This document shows positions 25,220-37,661 of a stretch of 64,000 nt of DNA, piece by piece. The DNA is taken from positions 6,324,001-6,388,000 of the forward strand of contig CP158636.1 of the NCBI GenBank assembly GCA_050273025.1, in the 5' to 3' direction. The translations under genes and the position numbers were made by a program. Origin of the DNA: Cenococcum geophilum (Eukaryota). How positions within the stretch are numbered: the first letter of the stretch is position 1; the number at the start of each line of letters is the position of its first letter. The notes under the pieces are model-generated. The model worked only from the letters and a program-made list of their open reading frames with translations. It ran no database searches and was not told the DNA's origin.

Positions 25220-28200
25220 CTAGAGTACTTCCACTAGCTACTCCTTTAAACTCCCTAGCTTATTTATATCTACGTCTAGTATCTTATCCACGGCAGTCTT
25301 TTTAAACTTATACTTATTTAGAATTCTAACCTTACTATAGGAAGCCGTGTTATATAAAATATATACTATTATAAGAGGGTTTTTTTAGTTAATTCGGTAG
25401 ATGCGGTATATAAACTGTTCCTATTTGCTAAAGGACAGATTAAGCTCTATAAGTATAATAAAGTGTGCCTTATTAAGGGTAATACCCTTTATAATAGCCT
25501 TTAGAGATAATAAAAGAATTTATAGTCCGCTTAGCTGCTTCCATAAGTTATAGATAATATGGTTCTTTTACTTTAGTAATATTCCTCTAGGGAGATATAT
25601 AACAGCGTTCTCGCTATATTTAGCAACTAAGGCCTAAAATAAGTGTTAACTTAAAGTTCTGGTTAAGTAAGCTGCTATTAAGAGGTAAAAAGATAGAGTG
25701 TTTTATTACTTACTGCTATATATACCGCCCCAATAGTTAGGAAATTAGTGCCAATAATAACCTTGCTATAATACCCCCCGACGTTTTTTAATTATATAAC
25801 TTCTTTATAGATAGCTAAAAGCGCCTTAAACTTTATATTACCGTAAAGAATTTCCTTTTTATTCTTATCTAAGATGCTTTTAATAGGAGATTTAATTAAT
25901 TTTACGTGAAATTTCGCTTATACGTTAATTTTGTCGTTATTTAGCAGATCCTTATTATATTTATCCTTCCATAAAAGTAACCTATGCGTTATTGCTGCAA
26001 CATAGTACGTAAAGTAGGTGCTTAAGGAGGTACCGGCTATTTATACTAGTTGGTTCCCCTTAAGAGAACTATCTTCTTTCTATTTAACTATTTTCTACTA
26101 AAATGCCTCTTCTATTTCTAACGCCATTGCACTTTCTATACCCTATAGCAATTTAATTTCTACAGTTCTATACTTATAGTTTAGGTAGTAAATTTAGAGC
26201 TCGCCTAAAATAACTTTTAATTTTCTTCCGTTAAAGCTAATGGTATTTAAGGTACGGCGAATTTTAAAGTTTATAAGTATTTCTCCGCCAACCTAAACCG
26301 ATTCTTTATATACTATAAACTATAAGACCCCTTTAGGGTTACTCTTTCCTTATTTTAAAAAATAACTCTATAGCTTTACTATTTTTTTTAACTTTAACGG
26401 ACGTGCATTTTTTAAGAATGCTATTATCTTAGGCGCTTGCCTAATTTAAATCTAAAAGGCCACTTATAATAAACTAATATATGTCTATAACACCATTCTC
26501 TATTAAAGTCCCTAATATAGCCTAGATAAAGAATCTAAGGCGTTTTAGTATAGTACTTTTATAGAAATAAAGAAATTGGTTAACTATAGTCTCTTTATTC
26601 TTCTTATTATAAAACTTATCCTATAAAACCCTACCAAAAAACGTAGTTTTAACTAACTGCTAACCTTTATCCTTTTGCTTACCGTTAGATAAGAAGCGGT
26701 AGACTCTTCTAGTGATTATAAAGTTGTCAATAACACGCTGTTTTAGGTATTTAGATATTATAATTATAATAAATCTTATTGCTAAGGCAGCTAGGGTACT
26801 AACTAAAGGATTGCTTTTTCTAAGTAGTAGGACACTATTAAAGAACTATAGGTAAGGGGTTTTTGCTTTATCTATAAGAGCCTAATAAGTATTTAAAGTA
26901 TTATAGGCGGTTTAGTTTCCCAACGTTCCTATTTTTAGCCACTCGTCTAAAGTCGGCTGCTTTATGCCTAGAGAAATATCCGCTGTTAAATAGTACATTA
27001 CAACTCTTAGCGGTGCCTACGCTTGCGTTATAAGTAGTAAGTCTTTAAATAATAAGATATAATTATCTTTCTAGGCAGTAATAATATGTAGAACTGCAAT
27101 AACTAGGCTAGCACTATACTATTTACGTATTATAGATATAGCGTTGCGATTTACGCATAAGTATAGTAAAGGTACTCTATTCTAGCTAGGATACTTAACG
27201 CTATTAGCCTAGTAGCCCTCCGGTAGATATTAAGTAGCATTTTTAGCCGCTTAATTAGTAGCTACTTCGTCTAGGTTTATAGTATAGTAGTAGTTAAAAA
27301 TAATAGTTAAGTATACGGTTACTGTTTTACTAGTCCCTATACCGTCTATAAAAACCCTATTATTTAGCTCTATACGTTTCTAGTAGAATATCTTAGATAT
27401 ACTATATAGCTAGTATAAGAACGCTCTAAACTCCGGATTTAGACCCTATTTACAGGGAATAAGGACCATGTTATTCCCTAGGAGGGCCCCTTTAGAAACC
27501 CCCTATAGCTTAGCTAAGCGTTTATACATCTACTGCTCTATTCTCTTAACCTTACCGCCTACTTTTACCATAGCGGCTTTTTAAAATCTAAAAAAAGCTA
27601 ACGTTAGTCTAATTTAAGATGTACTCTATATGCTTATATGCCCATACCTTTACTTAATACAATTAGCAGCCTCTACCTTCCTATTAGCTTCGTTTATCGT
27701 ATCTTTAAGGGCCTTTTTTTCTAGGTTGTCGTCTTCTATAGAAACCTGTATAGTGTTACTAGCTAGATCGTCTACGGTTATAACTTATAGTTAAGCTAGT
27801 TTAGGATCTAAAGCGGTTGCGCTTTAAAGAGCATTATAATTGTCTTCGTTCTCCTCTATACTATTAGGACCCCCTATAGGCTAAATAGCTAGACCGCCAC
27901 GGCCGTCCTCGGTAGCTTATTGTAATTTACCTTTAGATGCTCTAGCAGGTTACTCCCTTTTATAACTACGTTTCTTCTAACCTAATAAACTTAGAATGCT
28001 GCTATACGCTAATAAGGTTAATGAAGCATTACTCTTACTTTTAGTGTCTTTATTAATAAACTTATTATCTAAGTATTCTAAGTGCTTATAGATCTGCTTA
28101 GACGCAGTCTTCCGCTGTTTCTTATATATAGGCTTGCTGCGTAAAGACTGGCGAATTAGGGTATTAGTAATGCTAGGAGGGTTTATACTCTACTTACGCG

Positions 28201-28985
28201 GTATTTAGTGCAGTATTTCTATAATTAAATACTCAGCTGCAATTATTAGTATATAAATAGCCAGATATTATTAAAAGAACTTATAATTAGTACTCTTAAG
28301 TATAAATTTCACTTTACTTTTATGGTATAGCATACATCGCTAGAATACGGCTTATAATGCCCTTTACTAGGTAATATAAGCCTCCTTATAGGATTTAATA
28401 TCGACCTATATAATTTAATCCTTATCCGAGTTAAACCCTACTAATACTATAACCTTTTAAAATAGCGAAAAACTAATTTCTTTAATTATTAGAGTTTCTG
28501 TATTAGCTTTTATAATATCATAAATCGTACAAAGCTCTATAGTGTTTTAGGTAGTTAAGTTTATTCTTTAAAATTAGAAGGTTATATTTTTAAGTAAAAG
28601 CGGCTTACCTAATAATATAGGGCCTGGTAATTTTAAGATTTGCTTAGAAGTAAATATAGGCACTAGCGTTATTATGGGTTTAAATTTAGTTTAAGTCTAA
28701 CTTCTAGGTTCTAACTTATTTTACTGTTTTATAGCATTAGTTCTTTAAGATATTATTAAAGCAATAATGGTATCTTTAGACCAGCTCTCTAAAACACCTT
28801 TTTTCTTAGGTAATTTGCTAAGAACCTTTTAGATAAAGTCGTTGCGTAGTACTTTATCTTTAGCAGTACGAAATATGACTTTATTAAGCCCGGCCTCTAC
28901 TATACTATTTAAGATTATCTTCTTAATTTCCTTAAGGCGACAAGTATTAATTTCCCATCTATTTATAATATCTAAGTCCTTTATA
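25220..28985 (-). pseudogene. SNF2-family (SF2) helicase/ATPase, copy 1, RIP-inactivated (~1250 codons)
   Basis: Motif I 'VFIDGIGTSKT' (~27322-27360; before RIP ~DGMGTGKT). Motif II 'RVL*DKFYNKKN' (from WDEFH, ~26600-26635). Motif III 'I*AILGTLIENG' (from SGTPMEN, ~26490-26528). 'FKIRRT' (~26255). Motifs V/VI 'GITLNKAHFIILIELN...EQFIYRIYRIN*KN' (~25380-25490). Confidence 0.82.
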
Positions 28986-29559
28986 GTAATGCGTGAAAAT
29001 ACTAGGATAGGATAAAGGAGAAGTAGAGCGTTACTATATAAGAGCAGAAGAATCTAGTTAATGTTTAGTAAAGGTGCAAGTCTAAAGTAGGTGGGTAAGA
29101 TAAACTAATTATAAGAATTAATTAACTAAGCAGATTGCCGCAGTTCTAGGGTATAAGTCACAGCTTAAAGTAGCAATTAGCGGTTAAATTAATTAATTAA
29201 CTAATTAATATCGCGTAGAGGTACCGTGCGAGAGTTAGTTAAGGTAGTAGAGGTAAAAAGTTAGGCGAAGTGGATATTAAAGTTAAGTGCTCCCATAGTA
29301 ACGCTAGTAGGCAAATTACCGTCATCTAATGCTTATTAATAGTAAGGTAAATTAAGAAGTTCTAGTAAATACGCAGAATGCCGAGTCTAGCGGCATTTTG
29401 CGGTAGATTGCTTTAGGTAGTATAAGTCTTATATAGTTATAATCTTTAGGATTTAAGAACTAAACCAACTTATTAGTTTATTAAACCTTATAAATCCTGC
29501 TAGACTACTAATATAAAAAGGTAATAACTTAGCTAAGTATAGAATTTACGTATTGTTTT

Positions 29560-30390
29560 TAATTATTTTTTAATAGGAGACTAGGTAAAGCTAATTAAGC
29601 CTTTACTATAGCCTCCTTTAAGCCCTCTTATACCGCCCTTAATCAATCCTCTATATTAAATAGCCGCTGGTTAAACTGTTTAACTACTTATAGCACTTAA
29701 TACACCTTATTTAGCGTATATAGTACGTCCTCCCTTATAACCTTAAGCTGGTCTTTTACTAAAAGCTCTTAAAATATTACCTTTCTTTAATTTATATTAT
29801 GTGCTTCGGTTAGTTGCGAATATAGTTTTATAACCTTGGAGATAATCCTGCTTTATTACTTAGGCGTCCTAGATTAAATTAATAATAGATATATTTTAAG
29901 CCTTCTTAGCTTTTTAAAGTTCCTTAATTTCCGCCTTTAAACTCTTTATTCTAGTAATTAGCGGGTAACGCAGTTTATAAAGTATCCTATCCCTCCTTTA
30001 TGCAACTAATTGTCTAACTTATAATATTAAAGAGGTCCCTTTTTGTAGTTTTCTAGTTTCTATAACAGCTATCTCCGCAGCGCTGTTTTTATTTAACTTA
30101 GTTCTCTCTAGACTATATACAGCGGCATTTTTAGCGGTTGGTAGGATAGAATAGGTTAGCGGAGGCTTCTTAATAGGTAGCTAAGCTGTTTTTATAGCTT
30201 TAGCTACCTTACTATTCTTCTCCTACTTAATTAGAAACCCTCTAATCTCCTTTTAGCAACTATCCGCCGCTTTTTTCTTTCGCGGCTTTAGAGCTAGCTT
30301 AGTAGTCCCATCTCTATTCTTTAATAACGCCTTTTTAACGTAGGGATGCTTAGTGCGCTTGGCTGGGGTGGTTATATACCTAGGGTTTTT
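29560..30390 (-). pseudogene. Decayed Lys/Glu-rich, coiled-coil-like ORF of unknown function (putative cargo)
   Basis: Minus frame reads KRTKHPYVKKALLKNRDGTTKLALKPRKKKAADSC*KEIRG..., with RIP-type stops. No family recognised. Confidence 0.35.
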
Positions 30391-31699
30391 ATTTATCTGT
30401 AATAACCGATTAGTGTAAGATATTTATAACTCCTTATTAGCATATATACTATTATAACGTTTACTTTAAAAATAGGTTAAGGGCTAGTATATAGTTAAGT
30501 TAAGGGGAAATTAGTTCTAATACAGAGAGTAGGTAATAGATAGATGGATAGTGTTTAGTAGTAAGATTTAAGAGGGAAGCTTATCCTTATTAATATTAAG
30601 AATGCGTATAAAGCGGATAGGTAGTAGTAATTTAGGGGAAGACTTTAATAAAGGATTATCCTATATAATTGGCAGCTAGTTAATAGAGAAAGGGTAGGAA
30701 CCTATAGTTATAATATTATATATTATAACATTTTGCCTAACTTCCTTAAATATATATATAGGTAGTGGCCTTCTATAGCATTTTATCGGCATCGTAAGTT
30801 AACGCGTTTTAGTAAGGCTTACTAATAAAATCACGCTAGCTAGGGTGCCTATAGTATACTAACCTAGGTAGGAGCGCCTAAAGCGCCTAATATAAAAAGT
30901 CTCTTTTACTAGACGAAGGGATATGGAGCTTAAAGCTCCTTACTATTTGGTTATAAATCGCCTCTATATTATAACTATTTAATCTATACGCCTTTTAGTA
31001 TTACCCGTTTTATAATTAGTGGCGGCTACTACTATAGCTTATTTAAATCTATAATTAAGTTAATTGTTTAGTAAGGCTCTAGAATAAGGCTCCAGATTTA
31101 ACTTTGTATATTAATACGTGATTAACGTTAGTAAGCAATTTGAAAGAGCCCCTCTCTACCACTAAGCCTCTATCGCGACTCCCTACTTTAGTATAGTAAT
31201 AGAGCCTCCTCCTTAACTAACATCCTCTCTGCAATTGGCGTTTTCTATATCTTTACCTACCTCCTATATAAACCCCCCGGAAATAAGCTTATCGCGATTA
31301 AAAAGGTTAAGATAATAATATTATATAAGGCATATAAACGCGACTATAGTATTACGATTAGGGTATATATCTAGAACGAGCCGTATACTAGTATAAAGAG
31401 AATAGCAGTAAAATAAGCGGGTGTTTTAGATTCCATAGCTAATGCGCCCCTTAATAAATACTAAGTTAGTAGCAAAGCTCTAAAAGTTACTAATTAGCCT
31501 TATATTAAGCACAGAGTTACTAGTAATCTATTCTTCCTTAATTGTATTTTAAATTAGGTATAAATCTAGAGCTCCAAAAACTATATTAACTTTATATTTA
31601 TCTCCACTCCACTAATTAAATAGTTAGATTTAAAGTCTATATTAATTATAACTCTAGCCAAAAGCTCTAATCTAATAAGATTACTGCCTTAAAGAGCAA

Positions 31700-32660
31700 A
31701 CCAGCAGACTTTAATTACTAAGCGCGAAATTGCCGTATATTGCCTAGTATACGCCTAGTTTCTTAAGTAGTAAGCTAGCAGACTTCTATTACTAAGTAAG
31801 AAATTGCTGTATATTACCTGGTATATTACCTAGTTCCTTAAGCGGTAAGCTAGCAGACTTCTATTACTAAGCGCGAAATTGCCGCATATTGCCTGGTACA
31901 CCGCCTAGTTCCTTAAGCGGTAAGTTAGTAAACTTCTATTACTAAGCACGAAGTTGCCGTATATTGCTAGGTATATTGCCTAATTCTTTAAATTACAAGC
32001 TAGCAGGTATCGCCTATTAATAGAGTATTCTAATATATTAGCTTATATATTGCCTAGCTCCTATATTATAAGCTAGTAGACTTACTATATTAATAGAGCA
32101 CTACAACATATAGCCTAGCGTATTACTTAGGTCTTTAAATAGCAAATAAGTAGGCGCTACTTATTAATAGAGCACTGTAATATACCTAATCGTGTATTGC
32201 CTAGTTCCTACGTCGCAAGCTAATAGGCTCCTCTTATAAGTAAAGTATTCCGAATATTAGCTTGTATATTGCCCGGTTCCCATATTATAAGTTAGCGACT
32301 TCTTTTATTAATGGAGCACTGTAATATATTACCCGCGTATTACCCGGTTCCTTAAATAGCAAGATAGTATACTTCTCTTATTAATAAAAGAATTGTGGTA
32401 TATTGCTAATATATCGCCTAGTTTTATAAAAAATAACTTAGTATATGCCTTCTATTAGCCGTAAAACTACTATACATCGCCGAGTATATTGCTTAATTCT
32501 ATAAAAAAAAACAATTTAGTATTTACCTTTTACTAACCATAAGACTGCGGAATACTGCCTACTATATTACCTAATTCTAAAAATAATAGTCTGTTATACT
32601 TCTTTTACTAAAGAAGAATTTACGGTAAACTACCTAGTATATTGCCCAATTCTGCGCTAA
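31700..32660. repeat. Second array of the same ~75-bp unit (~13 copies)
   Basis: gcgcgaaattgccgcatattgcctggtacaccgcctagttccttaagcgg repeated; collinear with 24320-25200. Confidence 0.9.
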
Positions 32661-32699
32661 AAGGATTAAAAATATATCGCTACTATAATCTATAATATT

Positions 32700-35600
32700 T
32701 GCATTAGCTGCTTCTTTAAATTTCCGGGCTTATTTATATCTATATTCTTCTTAAACTTAAGCTTATCTAAAATTCTACTTTTAATACAAAAAGCCGTTAA
32801 TAGTAATACCCTCCGTAATAGCCTTTAGAAATAATAAGAGAATTTATAGTCTGTTTAGCTGCTTCTATAAGTTATAGATTATATAGTTTTTTTACTTTAG
32901 TAATATTCCTCTGGGGAGGTATATAACGGCATCCTTACTATATTTAGCAACTAAGGCCTAAAATAAGTATTAGCTTAGAGTTCTAGTTAAGCGTGCTACT
33001 ATTAAGAGGTAAAAAGATAGAGTGTTTTGCTACTTACTAGTATATATACCGCCCTAATAAATAAAAAATTAGTACTAATAAAAAATTTGCTACGATAGCC
33101 TTTAATATATGGTGCTGTTGTAATTTCTTTATAGATAGCTAAAAGCGTCTTAAACTTCGCGTTGTTATAAAGAATTTCCTCCTTATTCTAATCCAAGATA
33201 CTTTTAATGGGATTTTTGACTGCGTTAGTGTAGTATTAAACTAGACGTTTATTTTTTTTGTTATTTAAAAGATCCTTATTAAATCTATCCTTCTATAAAA
33301 GTAACCTAGGTGTTATTACTGTATCACAGCACGTAAAGTAGCTGCTTAAGGAGCTACTGGCCATTTATACTAGTTTTTTCCTAGTAGGAAAACCATCTTC
33401 TCTTATTTAACCATTTTCTGCTAGAATGCCTCTTCTATTTCTAACACTATTACACCTTCTATACTATATAGGAATTTAAGTTCTTTAGTTTTATAATTAC
33501 ACTTTATATATTAAATTTAGAGCTAGCCTAGGACAGCTTTTAGTTTTCAGTCATTAAAGTCAATAGTATCCCGGTTACGGCGAATAAGAAAATTCATAAG
33601 AATTAGGCCACTAACCTTAACCGATTCTTTATATATCGTAGACTATAAGGCACTTTTAGGGTTACTCCTTCCCTGCTTTAAAAATTAGGTCTATAGTTTA
33701 GCTATTTTATTAACTTCCGCGGACGTATATTTTCTAAGAATGCTAGGTTAGCTTAAGCGGTTACCCAATCTATATCTTTAAGGGCGCTTATAATAAACCA
33801 GCACATATCTATAACACCATTCTCTATTACTATACTAGAAATGGCCTAGGCAAAGAATCTTAGGTGTGGTGGTACCACTTTTTTTAAGAATGAAGGAATT
33901 GGTTAATATAAGTTTCTTAATTTTTTTTATTATAAAACTTATCCTATAAGATTCTGCTAAAGAGCGTAGTTATAATGGTTTATATACTTCTATAGAGGGC
34001 CGTTAGAGAACTATAAGTAGGGCGTTTTCTTTTTACCTATAAGAGTCCAACTATTATTTATTATATTATAATCTAACTAGTCCCCTAAAGTCCCCATTTA
34101 AAGCCGTTTTTAAGGGTTTAGTTGCGCCATTCCTTTAGACACACCTTCTGTCTTATAGTATATTGCAAACCGTAGTAGCGTCTGCTCTTTCATTATAAGC
34201 GTAGAGTCCTTAAATAATAAGATATAATTGTCTCTCTAGCTAGTAATTACACTTAAAATTATAATGACTAGATTTGCACTATACTGTCTTCGCATTATAG
34301 ATATGGCGTTTTGATTTATATATAAGTATAAAAAAGGCATCTTGTCCTAGCTAGGACACTTAGTATCTTTAGCCTAATTATCCTTCTATAGATGCTAATT
34401 CGCATTCCTAGCCGCTTAATTAGTAGCTACTTTGTCTAGGTTTATAGTATAGTAATAACTAAGGATAATAGTTAAGTACGCGGTTATAATTTTTTTGGTT
34501 CCTATATATTAGCAAAAACCCCACTATTTAGTTACATACGCTCTTAGTAGAATATCTTAGATGCGCTATACAGCTAATATAGAAATAATTTAAACTTTAG
34601 ATTTAGACCCTATTTACTAGGAACGGGGACCAGGTTCTTCGCTAAGACGGCCTTTTTAGAAACTCTATATAGCTTAGCCAAATATTTATATATCTATTGC
34701 TCCATTTATTAAACCTTACCTCCTACTTTAGCTATAGCGGCCTCTTAAAATCTAAAAAGAGCTAATATTAGTCTAATTTAAGATGTACTCTATATAACTA
34801 TATACTTATATCTTTACGCAATAGGCATTATAGCCTATATCTCCTTAGCTTAGGTTATATTATCCTTAGGTGCATTTTCACCTAAGGTATCTTAGATTGT
34901 ATTAGTTTCTATAATTTTACTAAGGAAAGCTTTTGCGGGTATAGTATTAAATTATTATATAGAGTCTAAGCTGATTAGGGATATAAAGCAGTTTTACTTT
35001 AAGGAGTATTGTGATTATCCTTACCGTGCTCTATATCGTTAGGATTGTCCGTAGGCTAGATAACTAGATTATTGCGGCTGTTTCTAGCAGCTTGCCGCAG
35101 TTTGCCGTAGTTTACCTGTAGATGCCTCTAGTAGGTTACTCCCTTTTATAATTACGTTTCTTTAGACTTAATAGGCTTAGAATGCCGCTGCGTATTAATA
35201 AGATAGATAAAGCATCGCTCTTATTCTTGCTATCTTTATTAATAAACTTAATATCTAAGTACTTGCGGATCGGCTTAGGCGTAATCTTCTACCGTTTCTT
35301 AAGTGCGGCTTTAGCGCGCGAATACTGTGGGTTAGAGTATCGGCAATTCTAAAAGGGTTTATGCCCTACTTATTTAGTAATTAGTACGGTGCTTTTATAA
35401 TTAAATACTTGGCTGTAATTATTAGTATATAAATAGCTAGATGTTATTAAAGGGACTTATAATCCGTACTCTTAAGTAGAAATTTTACTTTACTCTTATT
35501 ATATAGTATATACCACTAAAATAAGGCTTATAATAGCCCTCGCTAGGTAATATAAACCTCCTTATTAGTGACCACGTTAAGCTAGGTAATTTCATTCTTA

Positions 35601-36155
35601 TTTAAGATAAAACCTACTAATACTAAGACCTCTTAAAATAGCGAGAAACTAATTTCTTTAACTATCGGAGTTTCTATATTACCTTTTAAAATTTATAGAC
35701 TATATAAAGCTCTGCAGTGCTTTAGGTAATTAGGTTTATTCTTTAAAACTAAAAGGTTATATTTTTGAGTAAGAACGGCTTATTTAGTAATGTAAAACCG
35801 TATAATTTGGAGATTGGCTTAGAAGCAAATATATATACCAGCGTTATTATAGGTTTAAATTAGGTTTAACTTCCAACTTTATATTATTTTGCCGTTTAGT
35901 GGCATTAGTCCTCTAGGATAACATAAAAGGAATAATAGCCTATCTAGACTAGCTATTTAAAGCACGTTCCTTCTTAGTTAAGTCACTAAAAATCTTTTAA
36001 ATAAACTAATCGCACGGCATTTTATCTTTGGTAGTATAAAACGTAGGTTTTTTAAGCCTAGCCTTTTATATGTTATCCAAGATTATATTTCTTAATTTCC
36101 TTAAGGCGACGAGCATTAATATCTTATCCCTTTATAATATTTAAGTCCTTTATTA
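32700..36155 (-). pseudogene. SNF2-family helicase/ATPase, copy 2, RIP-inactivated, with motif VI region deleted
   Basis: Collinear with copy 1: motif I remnant ~34480-34530, 'FSRIL*DKFYNKKN' ~33920-33960, 'A*AISSIVIENG' ~33815-33853, and 'ILMNFLIRRNRDTIDFN' ~33552-33603. About 130 bp matching 25350-25478 is missing near 32800. Confidence 0.8.
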
Positions 36156-36998
36156 TAATATATAAAGATACTAAGATAGAATAAAGAAGGAGTGGAGCGT
36201 TGCTATATAAAAGTAGAAGAATCTAATTAGTAATTAGTAAAGGTGCAAGTTTAAAGTAGGTAGGTAAGATAAACCAATTATAAGAGTTAATCTGCTAGGT
36301 AGATTGCCGTAGTTTTAGGGAGTAAGTTATAGCTTAAAGCAGTAATTAGCGGTTAAACTAATTAATTAACTAATTAATATCGCGTAGAGGCGCCGTATAA
36401 GAGTTAGTTAAGGTAGTAGAGGTAAAGAGTAAAGTAAAGTGGATAAGCCTAAGGTAAATACTCTCGCTAATAGAATGTAATGCGCGCGAGTTAAAGGGCA
36501 ATTTGCTATAGCAGATTGCCGCTAAATACGCTTCCTCTAGTTATAGAAAATATTCTTTATAAAACTAGTATAATAGGCGGAGCTAAAAGTATATTAGAAT
36601 ATATAATCTAAGAATAAGGGTTAATGCGCCTAGGACGTTTTACCTGTCTAAGATTAATGTTTTGGCTTAATTAAGACCGCTTTAATACACCCTTTTAAGT
36701 AGGGCTCCTAGTGAATAATTAAAACTCTAAATAGTATTAGATTTAAAGCTATAAGGACTAATACTATATACCGCGTATATTCGCAACTATAAAAATAATT
36801 GTATCCTTAGAGGCTTTAAGCGTTTGTTATATTATATACTTTAAAAATCCTATATTCCGAACTAGTATAATTATTAGTATATTTACTTATAACTCCTTTG
36901 TCTCTAGGTTAACTCTAGCGTCCTAGGTAATATTAAGAAATTTAAGGAAATCTAGAAGACTTGTCCACCCTTCTACTAAGTTAGTTTAAAGTAGACTA

Positions 36999-37521
36999 TC
37001 CGTAGCCTTCGTAGCTGCGCCTCGACCACCCACCTAAAGGGTGGGTGGTAGACATCCAAATCGCCAGGACAGCTCAATCGCCACTATTAAACCCACCAAA
37101 AATTAGAAAATTTACACCTTAATATCTTAACAACCACTAAATAATAAATTCTAATAATTTAGATTTAGGCTTTTATATATACTCTATAGCTTTTTATTAA
37201 AGTTATAAAATAAATTATTTAGTAGTTTTTAAGATAGTAAAATTTGGGGGCTAAAATAAGGTCAAAATAAGGCCAAAATACTATATCTTTAAAACTACTA
37301 AATAATTTATTTTATAACTTTAATAAAAAGCTATAGAGTATATATAAAAGCCTAAATCTAAATTATTAGAATTTATTATTTAGTGGTTGTTAAGATATTA
37401 AGGTGTAAATTTTCTAATTTTTAGTGGGTTTAATAGTGGCGATTAAGCTGTCCTGGCGATTTAGATGTCCACCACCTACCCTTCGGGTAGGTGGTCGAGG
37501 CGCAGCTACGAAGGCCACGGA
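36999..37521. mobile_element. Foldback MITE (523 bp) with ~240-bp TIRs and a TA TSD (Tc1/mariner-pogo type)
   Basis: TA|tccgtagccttcgtagctgcgcctcgaccacc...ggtggtcgaggcgcagctacgaaggccacgga|TA. The arms pair almost perfectly around a short spacer at ~37240-37280. Confidence 0.92.
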
Positions 37522-37661
37522 TAGCACCCAAGTTTATATAAATTATAGACCATAGTATATTCTTTAAATCTCGGCATATATAGATTACAAGACCCTAAAT
37601 GTTATATTTGTTAATATGTTTAGGTAAAAGAGATTAATATACATCCTAAGGCTCTGCACAA

